Shown in pieces: positions 25,718 to 37,218 of a DNA stretch of 64,000 bases. Where the stretch lies: contig JAPEUD010000001.1 of assembly GCA_026026165.1 (NCBI GenBank), positions 806,001 through 870,000 of the forward strand. The letters run 5' to 3'. The position numbers and the translations under genes were made by a program. The notes under the pieces are model-generated. The model was given only the letters and a program-made list of their open reading frames with translations. It was not told the origin of the DNA and did no database searches. Each line of letters opens with the position of its first letter. Within the stretch, counting starts at the first letter, position 1. The DNA is from Sarea resinae (Eukaryota).

Positions 25718-26913
25718 GTGATTGGGATTTGCGGGATGAGGATGGAGGTGGTGGTGGTGGTGGCGGTGGTGGTGGGAGAAGGAAAAAGAAAAGGAGACAG
25801 AGGAACACGGAGATCTAAACGTCCATCTCCCAATTCCCTTAATGTATATCTTGGACACCTCTCTATTCCCCGTATTCTCTCAATCCTCTCAATCCTATCT
25901 TCTAAACAATATCGAATAAACAATCCTCTCATTCCTATCTGATAAATCAAAACTCGAATCCCTCAAAAACCCCCGTTTTGCATCTCTTGAACCTCTGGTA
26001 TCCAAAAGAGGAAAAATGCGGTTTCTTGTTTTATCTTATTATATTGCGTCGTATCGTATCGCATCGTATCGCATCGTATCGCATCTCCAATAACGCCGTT
26101 TCGGTGCCAACTAGGTACTAAGTACAGCACTAGTGGCATGTTTGATGTGGTATGCTATATCCTCTATGGTATATGGTATATGCTACGTGCTAGGTACTAA
26201 AAGGTGCTATGTATAGTAGGGCAAAGAATGAAAGAAAAGAAAGGAACGCCCAACGATGCAACGATGCAAAGCCCCTCCCCCAAAGAGTAAACAATACAAA
26301 CGCCCCCAAGGATAAAATTGCCCCTTTTTTTTCTTGGCAAGACCACGTGTATACGTAGGTATATACATCCTGCACGGAGTTGGAGTTGGAGTTGCAGGCG
26401 GAGGTGGAGATGGAGATAAAGATGTTGGTTTAGGCGTTGGGTATCTGGTATATAAGCCACTGTTAGCAGGGACCTTGGTTTCGATGTTCGATGGTCGGCG
26501 CTCAGGGTTCCGTGTTGGTGTTCAGTGCTCAGTGCTCAATGTTCGGTGTTCGGGCAGGTGGCAGGAGGCACTGGACAGCAAGGTGTGGATGGAGATGTGT
26601 GGATGGAGATGTGTGGATGGTGATGTGTGATGGCATATAGCTAGCTATATGGCGTGTGAGAAGCGCGCTCTGGTGAGTATCGCATGCCGGGTATGGTGAT
26701 TGTGAACCACTTCGGCTGTACAGGGCGATGACTGTGGTGGTATTGGCGGAGAGCCTGGTTCGGAGGATAGAAGATAAGCTGGCCTGTCCATCGGGCACGC
26801 TCCTGCGGATGAACTGAGTTTGGTCGCTCAGTTGGTTGGTCGCTCAAGTGTTGGTGGTTTAGTTAGTTGATACAAGAGATGTTTCTATGGCCGGAGCCCT
26901 CAAGATGGCATCT

Positions 26914-28093
26914 TCACACGGCGGCGCCTACGATCTTCAGACCCATCGGGTCGCCGGAATACGCGATCCAGTACCGCGATGGATGCCAGGCTACGTGTGG
27001 TGCCGGGTGCGTGGTCGGGATCGTGTGCACATATTCGCCCGTCTCGGCGTGCGCCTGGAGTTGAAATTAGACTTTTTGGCCGAAAATGAACAAGGCGAAG
27101 GTTTCGGAAGAAAAAATCGTGATGGGATAGGAGTGAAGCAGGAAAAATATCAGGGCATCAGAACTCACAATCTCCAATCCCGTCCCCTCATCGCTCCCCC
27201 CGACGACAAAACTCCCGTCAAAGCTGAATCCCACACTCCTCACTGCGCCCACCATGTTCGCCAGACTGTGCCGACACACCCAGTCTGCAGTATCCCACAG
27301 CGTGATCAGGGCGTCGGAGCCGCCGATCGCGAGATAGCGGCCGCGCGGACAGAGCTCGAGGCAGAAGCAGGCGCTGGTGTGCGCGTTGAGCGTGTAGACG
27401 TGTGCCAGAGATGGGTAATCGAGGATCTTGATCTTGCCTTCACCCGTAGTCAGGAGCAGGTCAGCGCCCGAGTGCGAAAAGGTCGTTTGATTCGTTTGCA
27501 CGTTCTGCGGGATCGGCGCCGAGGCCGTCATGGTCGAGAGCGTTATCGGGACTAGGGCGTCGTCCTGTGGGTGCGAGATTGAAGTTAGTATGAGTAGAAG
27601 TGACGCATCGAAGAGCGTTGCGCTCGACGTGATATGATGCGATGGGATGATCGCAACGCACTTTACGCCCCACCATAACCACGTCGCCATCGGGTGCCCA
27701 TGCTATTGTGAATCCCTCCCCTCCAACCTTGACCTCGCCCACACTGGCTTTACTCCGAACGTCCCAGAACCGCACCGTTCCGTCAGAGCTCACGCTCGCC
27801 AATTCCGCTTCCTTGACCGGATTCCACGCCACGCGCTCAACAGCCCCGGTGTGTCCGCGCAATTCAGTGCTGTACTTGACGTGCGCCTTTTCCGGGTTCC
27901 AAATCCGCAGCGTGCGGTCCGCAGAGCCCGTCGCGATTAGGCTGCCAGTGGGACTCCAGGCCAGCGTGCGCATGGTATGGGAGCCGGGGCCGCGCGTAGA
28001 GGGGTCATGGTACGTTTGGGTTTTGAAGCTGGAGAAGAGGGACGAAAGGCGGTCTTTTGGGACGGAGCGGCGCGGCGGTGGCTGCGGGATCAT
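26914..28093 (-). CDS. WD40-repeat protein, THO complex subunit 3 (THOC3/Tex1-like), 3 exons
   Basis: WD repeats (LAWSPTG..IATGSADRTLRIW; GHTGAVERVAWNP..SSDGTVRFWD; AHTSAC..AIGGSDALITLWD). Last exon AHAETGEYVH...VAWHPSRYWIAYSGD...GAAV*; stop 26914-26916. An alternative upstream in-frame ATG lies at 28315. Confidence 0.85.
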
Positions 28094-28860
28094 TGTCGCT
28101 GCTGCTGCTGCTGCTGCTGTGGTGAGGGGATCGCTCAAGATGATGAAAGGAGGAATTGGGTGAGGGGTGGTCTGGCGGCTCTCGTGGTGTGCTTGCGAGG
28201 ACGCGGTGTCGAAGTTGAGATCGTCCTCGATGCGTTCATACTCTACGGCTGGCGCGGGCGGCAGAGTGTGCAGTGTTTCTGGGCTGCGAACAGGGTTTGG
28301 CACAAGGCGCTCCATGATGATTGCAATGATCCTTTTTGGATGAGGAAATGGACGATGATGGTAGAAATGAGCTTTGCCTCTCAGGCTGGGATCGGGGGGT
28401 CTTATACGTAGTAAATCATTCACTGAAAAGCCATTGTCGAGGAACAGGAAGAACAAACAGACCGACAACGTTGGGCTGTGAAGGCGGCCTGCAGGAGCAC
28501 TCCTTCACTGCTTGCAACGCACGATGCAGAGAAAACACGTCGCATTTGTGTCTCTTGATATGGAGGCTTTGTTTACCCACGTATACCCACCGTGATACCT
28601 GACAATCAGTTGGCTCTTTGCAAGCATTTTTTGCCGTGTCTGTGTTTTCTCGCCTTGGTTTGTTGACGTGCAAGGAAGAAAGTGAGACAAATCGTCCGTG
28701 CGGATCTGCATCCATCTCGGTAGGCTTTCTCTAATCCGAAAGAAGCAATTCTCGACTACATTTCCAAGACCAAATATCAGATCCGAAATATCGACAACTC
28801 TCCAGGCTCGGTTGTGTAGAACTACAAGGAAAGGCGAAGGCAAGGGATATTGCGCGAGAC

Positions 28861-30357
28861 ATGTTCGCCTTTGCGGAGAGCGACAGTGGCGGATCCAAAT
28901 GCTATGCGACTCATGGCCTCCTGCCAAGCTTCATCGACTGGAGGGAGCCGCCGACGAAGAAGCGCCCTCTGTCGACCATGTCGGCACAGCCCTTCACCCA
29001 TCAGGTAGGTGTTGTTCGTTGCTGTCTGCTGCAAAGAATTCCATTGGCTTACATCCAGATAGGTAGATCTGCTATTGCCAGAGGATGTCTACAGAGTCAT
29101 ATGGCAAGAGGTGAACAGCAAACTCGATCCGGTTCAGTATTCCAGAGTCATCTTACCCTTGAGTGCTTTGCTCGAAGGAGACTTTTTCAACTCGTATATC
29201 AAAACTGGTGTGCTAGCGATTTATCTCCTTGCTGTCGATTTCGCTGATGTCCAAAGGCAACATCCTCATGCTGTCCGAGGGCCGGCCCCCTATCGATAAT
29301 GTCTATTCTCTAAGTGAAGGTGCGTATCCGCTTCGATCTCTATCTAACCCTTGCTTAGCAACGGCAGCACTCACGCTCATTACATATAGGGGTGCTTCGT
29401 CTGGAGTTGTCAAAAGACAGCTACGAGCGGGCTGGGTTGGTTGGCAAGCCCATTCGAGGTGCCGGTCGCAAACATGCAAAGATCAGATATGGTAATGGCA
29501 AACATATCAATCTTCGCTTTTGCCAGTATGCTGATGTAGCGACAGCTGCTGAAATCAATCTGCGATTGCCATCTATGCTCCATGGCAAGAAGGGATTCGA
29601 GAGGATCGTCTGGGCTTTCAAGAATGTACTCACACAACCGGTGACTTGGCTTTTTTGCGATCTCAACGAAAGTCGTAAAGCCGATTCGACCTCCAATGCC
29701 ATCTCCAGACACCATCCTGTCACCAAGATATGCACTCCGGAAGTTGTAAACGCTTTTGAGGCTCTAGTACCAGACTTGAGGCCACCTCGCCGACATGAGA
29801 ATCTTTCGGACTTGGACTTTTCGATATTTGCTACTGAGCTACATGAGTGGCTGGGACTCTGCAATCTGGAATCGCCTCGGCTGCACCCGAATGATCAAGA
29901 TCAGACCGATCCGTACCTGAGCAGGTACTCTGTGCCCTGCAGCGATGATGAGAAGCCTCTTGCAAAGATAATTCGTGTCAGATACCGAGGGTTGCTTCCT
30001 TGGCGGTGGGTGATTGCTTTGTGGTGTACTTGTCTGTGAGTACTTCCTGGCTTTCCTCATTACATACCTTATTCTCTCGAGAGCGCAACTTATTCTAACG
30101 ACTTATTTCATTGAATTGCAAACAGTCGTGAACTAAGAAAGCACTCTCCTTCCGCCTGGTTCGCCATAACGGCTTATGGATTTGGGGGAGTCGCGATGGA
30201 CGATGAGACCAGTTATACTTCGATGCGGCTGCCACGCACGCCAAATTCAGACGCCCCAACAGAGGCCACCGGAAGTTACGAAGAAATCGTCGATGGCTCT
30301 GAACAGTCACCCCCAGATGAATACATGCTCTGGCAACTCGCAGGTGCCGCTGCGTGA
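28861..30357 (+). CDS. Ribonuclease P/MRP 40-kDa subunit (Rpp40-like), ~6 exons
   Basis: MFAF...KCYATHG...PFTHQ|VDLLLPE...FFNSYIKT|GNILMLSEG...|GVLRLELSKDSYERAGLVGKP...INLRLPSMLHGKKGFERIVWAFKNVL...EWLGL...DPYLSRY. Stop TGA 30355-30357. Confidence 0.82.
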
Positions 30358-31497
30358 GCCATCAAGCTATTGCCGGATTCAAAAGCAAGCATGAGCACAT
30401 CACGATTGAGCTGGTAGCCCTACGGTAGGATGGCCCTGATGAAACTGGTACTTTGACCGCCCGTTTGGTATCGTTCCACCATTGATTAGCCATCATCTCT
30501 GGTATATCAAGTACCAGAGAATCGCTCAATGGCCCTGCTGCCATGGTTGCTCCCGATCATGCGGGAGGACCTTGGAGGCTCTCTCACAGTACCTTACGCC
30601 ATGCTCGCGTAATTGCAAGAACGCATTCGCGACGAAAGAGGTGTGGTTCTGAAGCTCCGAGCACTTGCCTTATTTAGGCATGCAATTCAAAACACCAAAA
30701 CACTACACCTGGAGAGTGCCTATGACATAATACCATCTACATGTCAACTGTGTCCCCGCAGAGAAGAGAGATACGCACAAGGGTACGAGCTCGACACGTA
30801 CCTCGTTATGCTCCTGTAAAGAGCAAGTGAGGGCCGAAGACCGTCTTTGATGCGTCACGATGGGAAGGACTACCCGCTGAATGGGCTATCGACGAGCAAG
30901 AGCGACAGCTGGGTCTCCCTCCCTGGTCCCCATACCGCTGTCCCTTCTGTATCTCCATCATCGCTATTCAGACTGGGCCTTGTGATCGACCAGCATCTCT
31001 GGTCGACGCGACGAGGTGCCCGCTCCCCCCCTCCCCCCCAAATAGAGCTCAATAAAAAGCCTACTGCGTGATTTCTCCATCCCTCGTATCTATTTTCCCC
31101 CATCGAGCCCATGAATCCTCGCTATCCTAGCTATCGAGGATATCGTCACGATCGCTTTTCCCCTTCAATTCATAATTAATTCTGCTACACTCTTTCCAAT
31201 TGATCACAGACTTAATTGTTAATCATACTCCATTCTTTCGCCGAGTCGATAACAGCCACTCTTTCTCATCTCGTCGAGCATAGCCAATCTTTTCTCTACT
31301 CGTCGAGACTCACCACTCCAAAGCCGTCTTACCGTAAACAAGCACATCCAACATAGGTAACTTTTTTCTCGTGCTTCTATATGCTTTCGAGCTATTTTCT
31401 GATAAATCTTAGATCATAGACATCATATCAGTAGTGTCAAGTGTTTAATTTCGAACCATGGCGACAGCGAAAAGGGTCCATTGGAAGCCTTGCCCCA

Positions 31498-34287
31498 ATG
31501 AGGACGCATCCGCGGCATATCTTTGGGGAACCCCCGGACAAGCTACTTCAAGTAAGTTCATACTTTATTTCTTTATTGCTACTACAACTTTCATCACCGG
31601 GCGATTCGAGTAAATTCGAATTTCTTCTTTGCGATCTTCTTAATTCCTAGTGCCGTATCATTCAGACTGCTGCTTTTCTGTTCATCCTCCCGTTATATTT
31701 TCAGAGTTGGGTTTCCTTCGACGAAATGCTTACCACGTATGGAATCCTTGAGCCTTGCGCTCTGTTGATGCAGAGCGCCGCGGATTCTGCTCGATTTTGT
31801 GAAGTTCATCTATTGTATGTTCTATTCTGCTTCCAGCTCCATCGACGCATATGAAATACGGCTTTGAAAGATCTATACACTGAATTGTAAATTCCTCGGT
31901 CGTCTTTCTGTCCTTTTTCTCCAGACTTTTCTCTTCACTATATTCGATCAAAAGCTGATCGATCACTCCTTTTCGCAGCCGGGCTTATCCATAACATCAA
32001 CAATCTTTCAGCCTGCCAGCATGGCAACATAGTCAAGCTGCAATGGCCACAGCACTCGCAGTTCCTGCAACCGCCTCAAGTCCTCCAGCAATGTCTGACT
32101 AGACATGCTCCGCTGCTCTCGGGCCGTTCGCAGTTTCAGGTGCAGCTATCACCGTACTACAAAGCCCTTCTCGGATGCAATCCTTCCGTTTCCACGCACG
32201 CGACAGCAAGTGCTAACGCGGGAAACTCTCTGGGCTGCAAAAATGGCCTCGACTTCCATGACCTGGGGCTTCCGGAGATTGATCTAGAGGCTTCAGCCAC
32301 TGGTGCCTTCGGATCAAATACTAGCCTTCTATCCCAGCTAGGCTTGAACATCATTTCGACTTGTCCTGGTGATCAGCTAGTCCTGGATATGAACGAGACT
32401 TCCGCCTTCAACAATTCGGACAGATATAAAAATTTCGCCAACCCGGCCGAGGGACAGACTGAGCTCTCTGGCGGGAAGTCCGTTCCTTGCATTGATTCCC
32501 TATCCTCAAATTGCAAGCCTCGCTTGGATGATTCTTCCCCGCCCTCGTCGTTCTCTCATAATTCCTCGCCCAAATCAGGGAACTCTGCATCCACATCTAC
32601 CACTAAGTCCCCTATATCTCCAAATTCTGGCGTCTCCGACTTGAGCTTCGCCAGCAGTTCCAATTGGCTTGACCACCCCAAGCAGTCGCCTGTACCGATG
32701 CGGGCGAATTTCGTCGGGCACCAGGATATGAATATGAACCCTTCCGGGTCTTTCACTGGCTACTCCGATCAGTTTGCTAAGCTTGACTATTTCAAGCAGC
32801 CATCTATGCAAATGCAAAATCTTAACCAGCCTCATAGCTCTAGCTCTATCTATAACCAGCCCCTCGAAAATATCTCCTTGGATCAAGGGCTGTTGCTCAT
32901 GCAATGGCAGGCTTCCGACCAGCCAACCTCTGTCAACCAACACCCTCAGGGAGTCGCTTACGGAGTTGAGCAGTCGGCCGTGCAGACGCAGATGCACACG
33001 CAGACTTTTGACGGCAACCAGGATATAGACGTGAATGTCGCTGGGCCTTTGGTCGGCAATTCTGCCATGATCCTGCCAATGCAGAATATCAACCAGAGTA
33101 CTGGTACGGCCCAAACCACTGGCAATATTGCAACCGCCACGCAAGCCTTAGATTTAATAACGCCGCCCAATATTCCCTTTGCAACAGAGGCACGGATTAC
33201 ATCGAGAAAGTCCCGCAAACGCCGGGCTGTGACCCCACCACTGGGCTCTTCCATAGAACAACAGCAAGAAAGCCCCACATCATCGCCGGGCAAGAAGCCT
33301 TGCCGACGTGGACGCCCTTGCTCCAACAATCCCCCAATTGCATTCTCGGGTTTTGTGGAAAATGTGGGACCGGGAAGTGAGTACGTCGATATGGTCAAGA
33401 AGCTGCGTGTCAGTAAGAATGGTGTCAATGGTGGCAAGAGGAAGACATTGCATCTGGGCCAGGGGGCTGAGGTCAGCGATATACCCGGTCCGGTCATCAC
33501 CGGGTCTGCCATTGACGAGCCTTTCATGGAAGGACCTGTCATCACTGGGCCTTTCAACACTGATCCTTTCGTTACTGGTCCAGTCGTGAATATGCATGTC
33601 ATCCCTGGCCCTTTCATCACTGGGCGATTCGATAATGAACTTATGATTGATGCGACTGTCATTGCCGGAGGCATCACTCCAGCACACGTCACTAATAAAC
33701 ATGCCACTTCCGGGAATGCTATTGGTGAACACGTTGAGGGTAGTGAAGCTGCTCCAGAGGCTGGGCAAGTGTCCGTCGGTGATACTACTATGATTGATGA
33801 ATCCAGTAGAAGCAGAACCGAGACTCTAAATTCTACTGCATCGGCTTCTTCTGCCATTCCAGCCTCTCTACAGCAGCCAACGCCGTCACCAGAAGTCAGA
33901 TCATCAACGAGTTTCTCTGCCTCGGGCTCTGAGCCCTTCGATGTTGCGCCGCTGGGAGAGTCCGAAAACGGGAAAGAGAAACCTATTCTATCCAAGACCG
34001 AGTGTCCTGATAGCAAGATGGACAAAGACTCTGATAATCAGACGGATGAGTCTACTCCGTCCTGTCCCTCTACTTTCTCGACTACTACCCTCTCAACTAT
34101 GGCCCCCTCAACCATTGCCCAACAAGCCACACCATCACCAGAAGCAGAATCATCAACGGGTTTCTCTGGCTCGGGCTCCGAGGCCTTCGAGGTTGCTGCC
34201 TTTGGAGAGTCTGGAGACGATGAGCTCGGAGAAGCAAGCGAGGAGATTTTGCTAAGAGAGATTGAGAGTTGGTGCCGCGAGAATTAG
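31498..34287 (+). CDS. Orphan Ser/Thr/Pro-rich protein with basic patch, AT-hook-like RGRP and internal repeats; 5' exon structure uncertain
   Basis: Frame open from 31979 (after branch GCTGAT and acceptor TTTTCGCAG) to TAG 34285-34287, about 770 codons. Upstream donors GTAAGT 31552, GTATGG 31737 and GTATGT 31815 allow a tentative splice to ATG 31498. No recognisable family. Confidence 0.6.
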
Positions 34288-35536
34288 AGTGGCAATACTC
34301 TGTTGCCATTGGGGTTTGGTTCTGATAGTGGAAAGGTGTTCGTACGTTTGTATGCTTGCTCGCGCACTATCACTCGTGATTCTCACTCTCCCCGACTCAG
34401 ACTCGTTTGTCGCCTGTCTTTTTTTTCTCTGCTGCGTTTGTTTATGGGCGTTTCTCATCCAATTCTTGAATCCTTGAGTCTTGGAGTCCTGGAACTCAAT
34501 CAACCCGACCTAGAGATTTAGGCCTACGCCTATGGCTTTCGATACCGGCGTTGAGTCTCTCCGCTTAGGTGTGACTTGGCCGTCGTTTTCCCCCGTTCTG
34601 TCACATCCATCCTTGTGGCTTATGGCTTGGGGCTTCGATGGTCTGGTGTGGTTGAGTTGCTTGGATTCGGATTCGGATTTGGATTTGGATTTGGACTGGT
34701 GCTTGGAATTGGCGCATGGAATAGATTGTCGGATTGAATTGGTTCCTGACATCTGGACGATTGGGATTTTAGATTGGGTTGGACTAGAAAAGGTTGGATT
34801 TGGGAGTTACATTTAGACGGAAAAGGGGATGGGAGTACAATACTGCTCGGTACGAGCACAGCTTTGACGGCACAGCATGGCATCAACTGGCATTCTACAG
34901 CTCGGCACCACTATGAAGATAGAGGTCGTCACGGCTTTAAAGATACCTTGGCACGGTACGGCACAAAGAACGCAGTACAGCAAACAGCATACAGGAATAA
35001 CGGATTCACGAAAACGAGAACGCGAGCATCGCGGGCAACATAGCACGGAAGCTGGCAAGCCATTCAATCATTTGCTCTCCTTTCTATATCACACCAAAAA
35101 AACGGTCAGCAGTTAATGACCAATAGTGGTTGGTTGGTTCCGGCTGAGATGGAGGGAGGGGGTTTGTCCGACATGGTAGAAGGGATTCAAGGGAACGGAG
35201 GAGGGAGTGAGATACACAAGGAGGAGAAGCACAAGGAGGATGAATTGTTGTATTGCCTTGGATGCTTCATTTGTTCGTTGCTTGCTTATGTCTTTGGTTC
35301 ATCGTTTCTGTCTTTTTCTTTCCTTCTTGCCTTGTCTATTACTAGAAAACCTACGACTATACCTTAGACATAAAAAATTTGCTTGATTATCCATTCCTCA
35401 CTATTTATCATTGACTCTTGGCTCTTCTTTCTAGTGAGTGACTTGATAAGAAAAAAGAATAGTCTTTTAGTAAAAAGGGAGAGATTAGTAAGACGAAGAC
35501 TAGTAGACAGATAGCAAATACTTGATTCATCTAATT

Positions 35537-35574
35537 ACTACCTACCTACCTACCTACCTACCTACCTACCTACC
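35537..35574. repeat. (TACC)n microsatellite
   Basis: About 9 perfect units. Confidence 0.95.
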
Positions 35575-35833
35575 TCTATACCTCTATACTGACTATATTT
35601 CTACAAGAGAAAACCTGTAGTTGCAGTGTATACACTTTAAACACATTAAACGCATACATACCGAAAGTAGAAAATAAACTGACACACTCCTACACACTCG
35701 TACTCTCCTCCCTTGACTTATGACCCCGATCTAACCAACCAACCAAATAGCAACTCAATAAACAAGCAAGCAAGCAAATAAACACCACTCTTTCAAATAT
35801 CCCAAGTTTAAAAGACCCACATAATAGATTGAC

Positions 35834-35867
<34 letters not shown>

Positions 35868-36624
35868 ATATATTTCTCTCTATATCTATATCTCTATCTA
35901 CTCCATCTATCTACAGAAAGTTCTACAAGATATTTTGTCTATCTATCAATCAATCAATCAAAGGTAAACGAAACAGAAAGGACAGGGTAGGATAGGATAG
36001 GATAGGACGGGATGGTCGGCGTGATACTTGCTTTCTTGCTTTCTTGCTTTCTTGCTTTCTTTTCTTTCTTTTTACCTTGTCGACCCTCTCGAATGACGTC
36101 CAGGCGAGCGATTGAACCGACCGCTTGCATTCCTCCAGAGCTCCGGGTGGTAGTGTGGTGCAGTGTGGTGTTATGGTGTGCCCTCGAGCGCACTATCTCA
36201 TTCTCATTTTCTGCATTATCGTCATCGTCAAGCACTAGCATAGGCATCTCGTCATTGGCAATCCTCCTCATCCTCATCCTCATCCTCATCCTCATTTTAC
36301 TCATAATGTTCATCATCTCATCCTCATTGTAATCATCACCATCAAGAGTCACGGAACGCACAGAATAATAGCATAGTCTGCATTCGAGTCCCATGAATGT
36401 CCCCCAGAATCGACCGAGAAGATGCATACGTACACCCTTTGTAATGAGAGGCTAAGGAAAACGCGCGATCAAAGGAACAGATAAAGCCCGTAAGAAGACA
36501 CCCATACGACATACCCAAGCCCCGAGAGACCGAATTGATTGGAAAAGAAAAGAGGAACAAAGGGACCTCTAGCACATATCAGGCAGGAGGGCCACCGACG
36601 TCCCCGAAAATGGATGTTCCTGAT

Positions 36625-36626
36625 CC

Positions 36627-36667
<41 letters not shown>
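36625..36667. repeat. (GAT)n microsatellite
   Basis: About 14 units. Confidence 0.95.
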
Positions 36668-36669
<2 letters not shown>

Positions 36670-37218
36670 GATGCATGCATGCATTGCGTTTGCTCGCTCG
36701 CTCGCTCGCAGAGTCTGTACTTTTGATCGGATGCTTCACCACCACCCCCCATTCCCACCCATCCACTCCCGCCCATTAGTTACCACCACGACGATTGACG
36801 ACGACAGATGCAGACGACAAAGCAGCGGATATATTAGCAGAAAGCTTGGCGCCAGCCGAAACCCCGCCAAATGAAGAAAGAAGATAGAAATGCGTGATCC
36901 GGAAAGGAATCGCCAGCGCGCAGGATTGGATAAGAAGTTGAAGCAAATCTCGCACACGCGCGCAACGCCAAGAAAAGCAAAAGCATCAAGCCGAGAAAAA
37001 GTGCCAGAGGATCCATCGCGTGTGCAGTCCTTGAGGTCAAAGGATCATTTTCTTCCCCCGCTTCGATAGGAAATCGTCTATGTATCGTCATTCCACTTCG
37101 TTGCCCAATCCAAACAAATCCACAAGGTTCCATCGACCATGCTAAACCAGGAGCAAGGACAGCAATGCTGGCAGGATGAGTATGTAGGATGGCATTGCCA
37201 GTAAACCAGGGCTGCAAA

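Noticed and set aside
32958..34025. 355-aa antisense ORF
   Set aside because: Codon-symmetry shadow of the orphan ORF.
35330..35960. AT/TpA-rich tract as a RIP-degraded transposon relic
   Set aside because: No terminal repeats or coding remnants. It is explained by microsatellites between convergent 3' ends.
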